Assembly (NCBI RefSeq): GCF_014280195.1
Contig: NZ_CP047960.1
Location: 600,001-632,000, forward strand
Reading direction: 5' to 3'
Length of the DNA stretch: 32,000 nt
Source of the DNA: Synechococcus sp. A15-24
GTDB lineage: Bacteria > Cyanobacteriota > Cyanobacteriia > PCC-6307 > Cyanobiaceae
The notes under the pieces are model-generated. The model was not told the DNA's origin and did not search any database. It saw only the letters and a program-made list of their open reading frames with translations. Position numbers and translations under genes: made by a program. Positions 1 through 8,907 of this stretch are shown here, in pieces (position 1 is the stretch's first letter; every line of letters begins with the position of its first letter).

Positions 1-2
1 AA

Positions 3-647
3 AATAGCCATTGGTCCCAACTTTACCACTGGTCTTTTGGTTGGTGGAAATCAGCGGCGGCTCTAGACTGGATTGATTCTTATTGGCACGATTTGCAAAA
101 TGCTTACAATACGAATGAACACTTCGTCTTGAAAGATCCTCGCCTTTGTATTCTGCTCGAGGGCATAATTCCATGCCTAGTTGATTCGCTACTGCAGTTA
201 GATTTTTTGTTGATATTGCGCTCTCCTGTTGAGGTTGTTATGTCCTTGTGTAAGGCAGAGGAAATTTCTCCATACGATGCTCTTAATTTGTGGATCGGAT
301 CAGTATTTCGCGCAGAATGTAGTTCACGTCCGTATTCTCGCAATATTCTCACGTACTACCAGCTCCTTAGTAGGCCACAAACTATTTTGGATTCATTCGG
401 CTTGAACTGGAATCAAAGCTTTATGGAATCCAGGCTTGATCAAGCAACATCCTTTTTAAAGACTTCATTGTATCGAACCAAGGTTGATAACGTAAGGGAA
501 TCGTTCGTGGCAACAAATCCTGAGTTGACTAGTCTTCTTGTTTTGGCTGAACAGATTTTTGATTGTTTTCAACATCCAACCCCAGACATTGCTCGTACAT
601 CAGAGAAATTAAGGTACCAGTGGGTCGAAATCTTGGCAGATCGTTAG
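3..647 (+). CDS. Sulfotransferase-family protein, 5'-partial (the reading frame is open to the left window edge)
   Basis: Manual translation of frame 3 shows no stop from base 3 (NSHWSQLYHWSFGWWKSAAALDWIDSYWHDL...). 'FVLKDPRLCILL' followed by 'LILRSPVEVVMSL' resembles the KDPR...RNPxEVxxSL pattern of bacterial/cyanobacterial sulfotransferase-family proteins. The segment is low GC. Confidence 0.55.
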   Translation, partial: NSHWSQLYHWSFGWWKSAAALDWIDSYWHDLQNAYNTNEHFVLKDPRLCILLEGIIPCLVDSLLQLDFLLILRSPVEVVMSLCKAEEISPYDALNLWIGSVFRAECSSRPYSRNILTYYQLLSRPQTILDSFGLNWNQSFMESRLDQATSFLKTSLYRTKVDNVRESFVATNPELTSLLVLAEQIFDCFQHPTPDIARTSEKLRYQWVEILADR

Positions 648-675
648 CAAACTCTTCTGTAAATAACTTTGCAGC

Positions 676-3024
676 TTACTGTCGCTGATAGTAATCTTTC
701 ATCCTCCTGAAATTGGACCTCAGTTCAATTCCTTGCATAACGCTTTCTGGTGAAGTGTTGAAACTAAAATTTTCATGAATCTTTGTTAGATTTGGATTGT
801 AAAATAAATCACTTGGTAGTTCCCCATTACTTTGAATGTCGTATTGATTTAGCATGAAGTTTATCTCTCTCTTGAACCGTTCTTTCTTCTCGGGAGAGTC
901 CTCAGCTCCGCGGGATATTGATTCGTGGTGAAACAGCTCAGCATACGGGGTGAAAATATTTCGATATCCTCTTCCGTGAACCCTTATGCAAAAGTCGACA
1001 TCGTTAAATGCGATTGTGAGGTCTTGTTCATTGAGGCCGCCGACTTCGTTGAAAATTTCTCTGCGAATTGCGAGACATGCTGCAGTTACTGCTGTCATCT
1101 GTTGTACATATTGAAGCCTGTCGACATAACCAGGACTATCTCCCGGAAAGTATTTATGGGCATGACCGGCGACTTGGCCAATTCCAATAACTACGCCTCC
1201 ATGCTGAATAGTCCCATTTGAATAGTATAACTTTGCACCGACACATCCAACGTCTGGCCTTGAAGTGTGGGAAACAATTTCTTGGAGCCATTCGCCAGAT
1301 ATGACCTCGACATCATTATTGATCAAAGTAACAACATCTGCTTTTGATTGTCGGACTGCATAATTATTGATGGCCGAGTAGTTGAACTTCTTGTTGTATT
1401 TTATTATATTTATTTTTTCGCCATGCGCCCTCTTCAGTTTTTTGAATAGATTCTTCGTGGCGACTTCTTGGCTCTGGTTGTCAACAATTGTGATTGTGTA
1501 GTTCGTGTATGTCGTCTTGGCAATGATTGAATCCACTGCGAGATTCAATACCTCTGCTTGATCTCTAGTGGGGATGATGAGCTCAACAGATGGTGGCTTC
1601 TCTGATGTATGCCACTGGCAGGTGAATCGGTTCCTGGCCTTGATTCGGGCTGTCGCCCTTACGCCTCCACGTCGATGCTGCTCGTCTAGGAAATTCTGGA
1701 CTGCCTTGTGACCGCTTTCAGTTGTGTAATCCTTGCTGTCTGGGTTGCTGGCGGTTGATTCGGAATGTGCTCGCCAGTGGTACAAGACTCTAGGGATGTG
1801 AATAATTTGGTCCGGGGAAGATTCCAGGACAGTTCTGAGTGCAAGATCGTGATCTTGGCTTCCCTCGAAGCCAACTCGGAAGCCACCAATTTGTTTGAGG
1901 ATCTCCCTTCTGTAAACACCCAAGTGTGAGATAAAATTGTATGACAATAAAAGATCAATGTTAAAAGCTGGCTTGAAGTGTGGGCATGAACGCATTCCAT
2001 CGTCGCTGATCTTGTCTTCGTCGCTATAAACTAAATTTGCTTGCGGTTTTTGCTGCAACTCACGTGCAACCCAGTAAAGAGCATTGTCTGCAAGGATGTC
2101 GTCGTGATCTAGTAATGCTACGTATTCTCCTGTCGCCAGACTAAGTGCGTCATTGCTGGCTTCACATATGTGGCCATTCTTTTCGCGAAAGATAAGTTTT
2201 ATTCTAGGGTCTAACGATTGATAGCTCTTGAGGATTGTCTGGACGCTCGCCGCACTGGAGCTGTCATCGCAGATGCAGAGTTCCCAGTTGGGATAGCTTT
2301 GACGGCAGACACTTTCAATGCATTCGCGAAGGTGAATGCTGTTGGTATTGTAGGTAGGAATAACAATGCTGATAAGCGGGGCGTCTTGGTTTAGCTCAAG
2401 CCATTCCCTGATTTGCTCTTCATTGTGGTCGATTTCTGGCTCAATCTCTTTTAGATAGTTCTCATACCTTTCGTCTGTTTCTTTTTTGGTTGGTGTGTCG
2501 AAAGGTGCTTTTGGCCAGGTTTGATGCCTGATCTGAGCCAATCGATAGATCTGTTCCGTTCGCCAAGAAATTTCTTGCGTTATGGAGTACGTCTCTTGCG
2601 CAACTGCGTTGTCGTTTTCCTTGGGTTTTCTTGTTGTCCATTGTCTTAAAACATCTACAAACGTATCTATGGTTGTAGGTAATATTGAAAAGGTCGCATT
2701 GATTGGTCCTTGCCCGCTGATTGGTCTGATCTTGACTCTGCTCCTTTGCAGAACGACGATTGGAAGTACGAGGCACGGTTCTGACCTTGTGCTTTGGGTG
2801 GGCACGGTGAAAGTTCTTGCCAACGATTTGTTGGGCCCAACAGGCTCTATGCAAACGGAGCAAAGTAATGGGCTCTCTTCTGCATTAATTGATAATCGAA
2901 GTAGGTAATATCCTTTGCTTATGCCTTTGCGTGTTTCGAAGTAACAGTCTGCATGTTCGACGTGGTATTCCCCGTTGCCAATTGGTTGTATATTTCTTCT
3001 AACCCAATCCTGACGAAGGGACAT
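676..3024 (-). CDS. Large glycosyltransferase with two tandem GT2 (GT-A) domains and an unassigned ~230-aa N-terminal region; likely a rhamnosyl/polysaccharide transferase
   Basis: There are two GT2 signatures: 'ISIVIPTYNTNSIHLRECIESVCRQSYPNWELCICDDSS...LLDHDD' and 'VELIIPTRDQAEVLNLAVDSIIAKTTYTNYTITIVDNQS...LINNDVE'. I chose the start at ATG 3024 (MSLRQDW) because the longer ORF (to 3090) would overlap the rfbB 3' end. It lies directly downstream of rfbACDB on the same strand. Low GC. Confidence 0.8.
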   Translation of the reverse strand: MSLRQDWVRRNIQPIGNGEYHVEHADCYFETRKGISKGYYLLRLSINAEESPLLCSVCIEPVGPNKSLARTFTVPTQSTRSEPCLVLPIVVLQRSRVKIRPISGQGPINATFSILPTTIDTFVDVLRQWTTRKPKENDNAVAQETYSITQEISWRTEQIYRLAQIRHQTWPKAPFDTPTKKETDERYENYLKEIEPEIDHNEEQIREWLELNQDAPLISIVIPTYNTNSIHLRECIESVCRQSYPNWELCICDDSSSAASVQTILKSYQSLDPRIKLIFREKNGHICEASNDALSLATGEYVALLDHDDILADNALYWVARELQQKPQANLVYSDEDKISDDGMRSCPHFKPAFNIDLLLSYNFISHLGVYRREILKQIGGFRVGFEGSQDHDLALRTVLESSPDQIIHIPRVLYHWRAHSESTASNPDSKDYTTESGHKAVQNFLDEQHRRGGVRATARIKARNRFTCQWHTSEKPPSVELIIPTRDQAEVLNLAVDSIIAKTTYTNYTITIVDNQSQEVATKNLFKKLKRAHGEKINIIKYNKKFNYSAINNYAVRQSKADVVTLINNDVEVISGEWLQEIVSHTSRPDVGCVGAKLYYSNGTIQHGGVVIGIGQVAGHAHKYFPGDSPGYVDRLQYVQQMTAVTAACLAIRREIFNEVGGLNEQDLTIAFNDVDFCIRVHGRGYRNIFTPYAELFHHESISRGAEDSPEKKERFKREINFMLNQYDIQSNGELPSDLFYNPNLTKIHENFSFNTSPESVMQGIELRSNFRRMKDYYQRQ

Positions 3025-3053
3025 GTTTCCTCGGCTTTCTGGTATTTGTTCCA

Positions 3054-4121
3054 CTAGTATTTTTTGTGACCGTAGTGTGCGATGTACCACTGCACGGTCT
3101 TTGCGATGGCTACATCGAAATCATGCCTTGCTTTCCACCCCAGCTCGGTCTCAATACGAGTCGGATCAATGGCATACCGACGGTCGTGGCCGGGACGATC
3201 CGTCACTCGTGTGATCAACCTCGCATGGGGTGCCCCGTCCGGTTTTAGCTGATCCAAGTGGTTGCAGATGCATTCCACGACCTCGCGATTGGTTCGTTCT
3301 CCATAGCCGCCGACGCAGTAACTGCGGCCAGATGCTCCTTTGCAAGCGGCCAGCAGCAGGGCATCGACGTGGTCTTCCACATACAACCAGTCTCTGACGT
3401 TCAATCCATCGCCATACAAGGGAATGGGCTTTCCGGCAGCAGCTTTCAATGTCACGACAGGAATCAACTTTTCGGGAAATTGCCAAGGTCCGTAATTGTT
3501 GGAGCAATTCGTCAACACCACTGGCAATGCATAGGTGTGGTGCCACGCGCTGACGAGATGGTCACTGGCCGCCTTGCTGCTTGAGTATGGACTGCGCGGG
3601 TCATACGGCGTCGTTTCTGAAAAACGCCCCTCTGCGCCCAGGGAGCCGAAGACTTCATCGGTGCTGATGTGATGCAAGCGGAAGTTTTCTTGGCGGTCTC
3701 CGCTCAAGCCCTCGACATGCTCCCGTACCGCCTGCAGCAGGTTGTAGGTCCCAGTCACGTTGCTCTCGATGAACACACCAGGGCCTGCAATTGAGCGGTC
3801 CACATGACTCTCGGCCGCCAGGTGCATCACCAGGTCGGGATCCGCCGCCTTCACCGCCTCACGAACGGCCTTTGCATCCGCGAGGTCCACCCGTTGCAGC
3901 ACATGTCTTTGCTCGGCTCGTTCCCCGAGCTCGCTCAGCACCGCCTCAATCGACGTCAGATCGCTGGCGTAGCCCATCTTGTCGAGGTTGAACACGATCG
4001 CCTCGCTCTCCTTGAGCAGTCGCCGCACCACGGCCCCACCGATAAATCCAGCCCCTCCTGTCACCAGTACCCGCCGCCGGGATCCCAGCAGCTCTGCAGC
4101 AGTCGGCATTGAATCGGTCAT
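3054..4121 (-). CDS. rfbB: dTDP-glucose 4,6-dehydratase
   Basis: 'VLVTGGAGFIGGAVVRRLL', 'HISTDEVFGSL' and 'YSSSKAASDHLV' are typical of RmlB short-chain dehydratases. The start is ambiguous: TTG 4130, ATG 4121 or ATG 4109. Confidence 0.93.
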   Translation of the reverse strand: MTDSMPTAAELLGSRRRVLVTGGAGFIGGAVVRRLLKESEAIVFNLDKMGYASDLTSIEAVLSELGERAEQRHVLQRVDLADAKAVREAVKAADPDLVMHLAAESHVDRSIAGPGVFIESNVTGTYNLLQAVREHVEGLSGDRQENFRLHHISTDEVFGSLGAEGRFSETTPYDPRSPYSSSKAASDHLVSAWHHTYALPVVLTNCSNNYGPWQFPEKLIPVVTLKAAAGKPIPLYGDGLNVRDWLYVEDHVDALLLAACKGASGRSYCVGGYGERTNREVVECICNHLDQLKPDGAPHARLITRVTDRPGHDRRYAIDPTRIETELGWKARHDFDVAIAKTVQWYIAHYGHKKY

Positions 4122-4126
4122 CGGGA

Positions 4127-5035
4127 TCAAGGGTTCGTGGGGATGGCCTGCAGCACATCCTTAAGGGCTGCCCGCCAGGGCTGGGCCTTCAGTTGCAGCA
4201 CTTGACGGCTGGCCTGGCAATCCAATAACGAATAGCCGGGACGGGTGGCTGGGGTTGGATAGTCGGAGGTGCTGATCGGATTCACCGTGGCGGCGCGCTC
4301 TAGCAGGCCAAGGTCCATCGCCAGCTCACCCACCGCGACGGATACGTCGTACCAGCTGGCGGCACCGCCATCACACCAGTGCAGCACAGGGGGGAGTTCC
4401 ACCTCGTCGCGGCTGCTGGTGATCACCGTCCAACAAGCCGTCGCCAAATTCAACGTGCTGCTCGGGCAGCCCACCTGATCGACCACCACCCCCAATTGCT
4501 CTCTCTCTCGATGCAGTCGCAGCATCGTGAGCGCAAAGTTTTTGCCCATCGGACCCATCACCCAGCTGGTGCGCAGCACCACACCTTGGCCACTGGCCCC
4601 AAAAAGCTCTTCCACCGCCTCCTCTCCGCTGGCCTTGCTGGCGCCGTAGACCCCCAGGGGATCGCGGCTTTGATCCACCCGGTAAGGGGAGCCCTGCTGA
4701 CCGTTGAATACAAAGTCGGTGCTTAGCTGCAGCATGCGGCCGCCGTGTGCCTGGATCGCTTCTGCAAAAGCCCGTGGTGCTCCTCCATTCACGGCATGGG
4801 CCAGCTCCGGTTCCGCTTCTGCCTTGTCCACTGCGGTGTAGGCCCCGGCATTCAGCACCCAATCGGGGCGCTGTTCCTCCACCAACTGTCGGCATGCCGC
4901 TGCATCAGCCAGATCGAGTGCCACCAAGCCATTGCCGCCATTGCGGCTGCTCGCCACCAGTTCAATGCCTTCAGGCAACCTTCCAACCAGGGCCTGCCCA
5001 AGCTGTCCCGCGGCACCGGTGACCAACACTCTCAT
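4127..5035 (-). CDS. rfbD: dTDP-4-dehydrorhamnose reductase
   Basis: '[16 protein letters not shown]', 'STDFVFNG' and 'YGASKASGE' match the RmlD pattern. Operon context with rfbA/C/B. Confidence 0.9.
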   Translation of the reverse strand: MRVLVTGAAGQLGQALVGRLPEGIELVASSRNGGNGLVALDLADAAACRQLVEEQRPDWVLNAGAYTAVDKAEAEPELAHAVNGGAPRAFAEAIQAHGGRMLQLSTDFVFNGQQGSPYRVDQSRDPLGVYGASKASGEEAVEELFGASGQGVVLRTSWVMGPMGKNFALTMLRLHREREQLGVVVDQVGCPSSTLNLATACWTVITSSRDEVELPPVLHWCDGGAASWYDVSVAVGELAMDLGLLERAATVNPISTSDYPTPATRPGYSLLDCQASRQVLQLKAQPWRAALKDVLQAIPTNP

Positions 5036-5622
5036 CAGAAGACGTCTCCAGCTGACTTGGCCTGATCCAGCGTTGGAGCTTCTGCATCTTTGCCCGACAG
5101 GCTCACCTCAGTCCCTCCAAGCTGATCCAAGGGCCACTGAATGCTGATTGTGGTGTCGGCCCAGCGAATGGCGCGTTCACAGGCCTTGTTCCAGAACCCC
5201 CGGGCCTTGTACTGCACTTCAGCCACAGCGCTCAGGGTCAGAAATCCATGGGCAAAGCCCTCAGGGACCCAGAGCTGCTGCTTATTCTCTGCACTCAACT
5301 GGGCACCCACCCACTGCCCAAAGGTGGTTGAACCCTGGCGGATGTCCACCGCCACATCAAAGATCTCACCGACGCTGGCGCGCACCAGTTTGGCCTGCGG
5401 CTCCGGCGCGAGTTGGTAGTGCAACCCCCGCAGCACCCCCTGCACAGAGCGGGAGTGGTTGTCCTGCGAAAACACCACTGCTTCTCCAACGGCCTCATTG
5501 AATCTGCGCTGATTCCAGCTTTCAAAAAACCAGCCCCGTTCATCTCCGAAAGCCTGGGGGCTGATCAGCAATGGTCCTTCGATCGTTGCCCCCTGAGGGC
5601 TCTTCAGTTGCTCAACCTGCAT
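5035..5622 (-). CDS. rfbC: dTDP-4-dehydrorhamnose 3,5-epimerase
   Basis: '[13 protein letters not shown]', '[18 protein letters not shown]' and '[12 protein letters not shown]' are RmlC cupin motifs. The start is set at the internal ATG (MQVEQLK), overlapping the rfbA stop by 11 nt. The upstream extension to 5739 is out-of-frame overlap with rfbA. Confidence 0.92.
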   Translation of the reverse strand: MQVEQLKSPQGATIEGPLLISPQAFGDERGWFFESWNQRRFNEAVGEAVVFSQDNHSRSVQGVLRGLHYQLAPEPQAKLVRASVGEIFDVAVDIRQGSTTFGQWVGAQLSAENKQQLWVPEGFAHGFLTLSAVAEVQYKARGFWNKACERAIRWADTTISIQWPLDQLGGTEVSLSGKDAEAPTLDQAKSAGDVF

Positions 5623-6553
5623 GGGCCGGCACCTCCAGGCTGCACTGCAACGCCGCGTGGTCGCTGATGGTTTCTTCCAGCAGCTGCAATAAGTAAGTGC
5701 CGTAGCCGCTTTTCTTGAGTGGCTGCGCCAGGGACTCAAGTTGCTCCCCGCTGATCCAGCCCTGACGCCAAGCCACCTCTTCCGGGCAGCCCACCTTCAG
5801 GCCCTGGCGGTGCTCCAGCGTGCGGATGTAGCCGCCGGCATCGTTGAGGGAGTCGCAGGTGCCGGTATCCAGCCAGGCCATGCCCCGACCCATCAATTCC
5901 ACCTTGAGCTGGCCGTCATCCAGATACATCTGGTTGAGATCGGTGATCTCCAGCTCACCGCGGGCTGAGGGCTTCACCTGCCGGGCCCGTTCCACCACCG
6001 TTGCGTCATAGAAGTAAAGGCCGGTCACGGCGTAGCGACTCTTGGGCTGTTTGGGCTTTTCTTCGATGCTCAGCACACGTCCATCTGCGTCAAATTCCGC
6101 GACGCCGTAACGCTCCGGGTCGCTGACTGGATAAGCAAACACCGTTGCACCGTCCGCTCGCCCGTCGCTGCTCACCAGCTGCGGCACCAGGTCGTGACCG
6201 TGGAACAGGTTGTCTCCCAACACCAGCGCTGCAGGTGCACCATCGAGAAAATCAGCGCCGATCAGGAAAGCCTGCGCCAACCCATCGGGGCTGGGCTGCA
6301 CGGCGTATTGGATGGTCATGCCCCAGAGACTGCCATCGCCGAGCAACCGCTGAAAGGCCTCCTGATCATGGGGTGTGGTGATGATCAACACCTCACGGAT
6401 CCCCGCCAGCATCAGGGTGCTGAGCGGGTAATAGATCATCGGCTTGTCGTACACCGGCAGCAATTGCTTGCTTACCGCCTGGGTGATCGGATGCAGCCGC
6501 GTGCCACTCCCCCCGGCCAGGATGATTCCCTTGCGGCGCGAAGGTTCAGACAC
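5612..6553 (-). CDS. rfbA: Glucose-1-phosphate thymidylyltransferase
   Basis: '[51 protein letters not shown]' is the canonical RmlA N-terminus. GTG start. Confidence 0.95.
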   Translation of the reverse strand: MSEPSRRKGIILAGGSGTRLHPITQAVSKQLLPVYDKPMIYYPLSTLMLAGIREVLIITTPHDQEAFQRLLGDGSLWGMTIQYAVQPSPDGLAQAFLIGADFLDGAPAALVLGDNLFHGHDLVPQLVSSDGRADGATVFAYPVSDPERYGVAEFDADGRVLSIEEKPKQPKSRYAVTGLYFYDATVVERARQVKPSARGELEITDLNQMYLDDGQLKVELMGRGMAWLDTGTCDSLNDAGGYIRTLEHRQGLKVGCPEEVAWRQGWISGEQLESLAQPLKKSGYGTYLLQLLEETISDHAALQCSLEVPAHAG

Positions 6554-6610
6554 GGATGCTCAAAAGTTGGCGATATTTCAGCACGGGACTGGCGTTGAAG
6601 AAGACCTGGC

Positions 6611-7132
6611 TCAATTGCGCCAGTCGAGCCAGGGGAGCCCGGCGGCAATGGCCGGGGTACTTGACCGGTACACCGCATAGTCCGGATGCAGCAGGAGCAA
6701 GGAGCGTTCCTCCCGGCGGGCTTTGCCCCCCAGCACAGCCACCAGCCCAAGTAGCAGTAGTAGATGCAGCAGGCTGCCGATGGCCAGCGCCACTCCCAGC
6801 GAGCACAGCAGCACGGCCTCGTACATCGGGTGCCGGCAGCGTTGGTAGGGCCCCTGGCTGATCAGCCGGTTTCCCTGCTTGGCTTCAGGCAATGGAGACA
6901 GGCTGCTGCCGAGGGCTGCAAAGGCCTGCGCCGCAACAATAAAGCCGCTCAACAGCAGCACCACGCCGACGACGAAGACGGGCCGGGGCCAGATGTTCAA
7001 CCCCCAGTCGGCGGGGGCAGGCCACGGCGGCAGCAGGTGTGCCGTGATCAGCAGCAGCTGGGCGAGCAGCCACCATTCGCCGCGGCGGTTGTCGAGCCAG
7101 CCTCCCCAGCTCAGTCCCCAGCCAGAGAACAT
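6611..7132 (-). CDS. Membrane methyltransferase-family protein (ICMT/PEMT-like)
   Basis: The protein has several hydrophobic segments. The C-terminal 'GPYQRCRHPMYEAVLL...GKARREERSLL' resembles the isoprenylcysteine carboxyl / phospholipid methyltransferase family signature (RHPxY). Confidence 0.6.
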   Translation of the reverse strand: MFSGWGLSWGGWLDNRRGEWWLLAQLLLITAHLLPPWPAPADWGLNIWPRPVFVVGVVLLLSGFIVAAQAFAALGSSLSPLPEAKQGNRLISQGPYQRCRHPMYEAVLLCSLGVALAIGSLLHLLLLLGLVAVLGGKARREERSLLLLHPDYAVYRSSTPAIAAGLPWLDWRN

Positions 7133-7171
7133 CCCATCGCCCCTGATAGATGCCCTGACGCTACGGCGTTG

Positions 7172-7561
7172 TTAAAGCTCGTCTTGCACCAGTTGTTGAG
7201 CGGTTTCGCCATCCAGTGAGCTCAGGTCGCAGCTGTCCGTCAGCTCCTGAGCCAACAGATCAGCCGCCTTGCGGACCTGGGGGTTCTCCAGCACAGCAGC
7301 GCTGATGCCCATCTCTTGCAGGGCAATGGTGGTGGCTTGATCGGCCTGCTGTTGGGATAGCTGCCCACTGCGCACCAGACACTCACCATTGGCCAACGAC
7401 CCCGTGGCAAAGGCGCGGATGCTGCGGGCCAGTTCCAGCCGCGCCACCTTGCGGATGGTCTCCGGTGACATGGTTCCCGGTGACATGGTGTCCGCTCGCA
7501 CCATCGGTGCCCAAAGGGCCAGCCCACCGATCAGCAGTCCGATTGAAGTGATGCCAGCCAT
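7172..7561 (-). CDS. Small secreted/periplasmic hypothetical protein
   Basis: N-terminal signal-like segment 'MAGITSIGLLIGGLALWAPMVRA'. I recognise no family. It contains an in-frame 15-nt tandem duplication. Confidence 0.5.
   Translation of the reverse strand: MAGITSIGLLIGGLALWAPMVRADTMSPGTMSPETIRKVARLELARSIRAFATGSLANGECLVRSGQLSQQQADQATTIALQEMGISAAVLENPQVRKAADLLAQELTDSCDLSSLDGETAQQLVQDEL
7461..7490. repeat. Imperfect 15-nt tandem duplication (13/15 identical) inside the 7172-7561 CDS
   Basis: Plus strand reads tccggtgacatggtt / cccggtgacatggtg. On the minus strand this encodes ...TMSPGTMSPE... Confidence 0.8.
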
Positions 7562-7564
7562 GGT

Positions 7565-8125
7565 TCAGTCGAGCCGTGGAAAACGCTCAGCGATGGAGTC
7601 GCCCGTAAAGGTCGCCACCCAGCCTGCGCTGTTGTTGAAAAAGCGCAGGGCGCAGAATGATGGGGTTGGTCCCATGTCGAACCAGTGGCGGGTGCCGGCC
7701 GGGACGCTGATCAGGTCGCCGCGTTCACACAGCGTCACCAGCACCTCCTGGTTGATGTGCAAGAAGAACAGCCCCTGGCCTTCCACGAAAAAGCGCACCT
7801 CGTCTTCGGCGTGGGTGTGTTCCGACAGGAATTTGTTGCGCAGAACCTCCCGCTCCGGGTGATCCGGCGTCATGCGGATGGCATCCACAGTTTGATAACC
7901 ACTATCCCTTTGGACCCTGGCCACCTCGGTGGAATAGGTCGCCAGGATCGTGCTCTGGTCGGCGTCTGGGGGTAGGTCATGGGCGGCAGGCCACTGCTCA
8001 AAGCCGATGCCCCGGTCGGCCAGTTCAGCCTGGATCGAGGCCGGGTCGTTGCAGACCAGCTTCGGCAGTGGGAGGGCGTCACCACGGCCATCCCCGTGGT
8101 CTGGAAAGATGCTGAGACGACTCAT
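7565..8125 (-). CDS. mtnD: Acireductone dioxygenase (1,2-dihydroxy-3-keto-5-methylthiopentene dioxygenase), methionine salvage
   Basis: 'KFLSEHTHAEDEVRFFVEGQGLFFLH...DLISVPAGTRHWFDMG...RFFNNSAGWVATFTGDSIAERFPRL' closely parallels Klebsiella ARD as I recall it. Confidence 0.93.
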   Translation of the reverse strand: MSRLSIFPDHGDGRGDALPLPKLVCNDPASIQAELADRGIGFEQWPAAHDLPPDADQSTILATYSTEVARVQRDSGYQTVDAIRMTPDHPEREVLRNKFLSEHTHAEDEVRFFVEGQGLFFLHINQEVLVTLCERGDLISVPAGTRHWFDMGPTPSFCALRFFNNSAGWVATFTGDSIAERFPRLD

Positions 8126-8172
8126 CGCCGGGCTCCCGGAGGACCGTTCCGCTGTCCATCATCAACCCGACC

Positions 8173-8904
8173 GTGCCCGCCGGCCTCACGCTGGTGGGGG
8201 TTGGCCCCGGCGATCCTGAGCTGTTGACGCTGGCGGCGGTGCGGGCGATCGAACAGGCCGATGTGGTGGCCACACCTGTGGCCCGTGAGGGGAGCGTCAG
8301 CATGGCTGCCGCCATTGCCTCCCACTGCATCAGTCCCAAGCAGCGCCTGCTGCCGCTGATGTTTCCAATGGTGTCGGCAGCTGGGCCCCGGCGTGAGGCC
8401 TGGCATCAGGCGGCCGATGCCCTCGCCGCGGAAGTACAGGCAGGACAGGCGGTTGTGCTGCTCTGTGAGGGGGATGCCTCCCTGTTTGCCACCGGCAGCT
8501 ACGTCCTGCTGGCGCTTCAACAGCGCCATCCTGATTGCCCCACGCAGGTGATTCCAGGCATCACGGCGATCTCCGCAGCAGCAGCAGCAGCTGCCTGGCC
8601 CCTCGCCCTGCAACAGGACCAGTTGCTGGTGATGCCCTGTCCTGAGACACCTGATGCTCTGACCGGTCTGCTCGAGACGGCAGCGCAGCATTCCAGGGTG
8701 CTGGCCTTGATGAAACTGGGCCATCGCTGGGCCTGGGTTCGTCCTCTGCTGGAGCTCCAGAATCTGCTCAGTGGAGCGCTGTTCGCTGAACGGGTGGGTT
8801 GGCCAGATCAGATCGTTCGCTCAGCTGGTGACATGGAGGCGAGTGAACGCCCCTACTTCTCCCTGCTGCTGGTGCGTCAGGATTGGCCCGACGTGCTGCC
8901 CTGA
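8173..8904 (+). CDS. cobI: Precorrin-2 C20-methyltransferase (tetrapyrrole methylase family)
   Basis: 'LTLVGVGPGDPELLTLAAVRAIEQADVV', 'VVLLCEGDASLF' and 'VIPGITAISAAAA' are typical of CobI/CbiL. GTG start. Confidence 0.85.
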   Translation: MPAGLTLVGVGPGDPELLTLAAVRAIEQADVVATPVAREGSVSMAAAIASHCISPKQRLLPLMFPMVSAAGPRREAWHQAADALAAEVQAGQAVVLLCEGDASLFATGSYVLLALQQRHPDCPTQVIPGITAISAAAAAAAWPLALQQDQLLVMPCPETPDALTGLLETAAQHSRVLALMKLGHRWAWVRPLLELQNLLSGALFAERVGWPDQIVRSAGDMEASERPYFSLLLVRQDWPDVLP

Positions 8905-8907
8905 GTT

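Noticed and set aside
5623-5739. N-terminal extension of rfbC in the ORF track (start at 5739)
   Set aside because: The extension overlaps the 3' end of rfbA in another frame and has no RmlC similarity. The internal ATG at 5622 gives the normal RmlC N-terminus.
8575-8589. (GCA)5 trinucleotide run in cobI as a possible phase-variable microsatellite
   Set aside because: It is short and in-frame (it encodes an Ala run), so slippage would not switch the gene off. This is ordinary for high-GC coding sequence.
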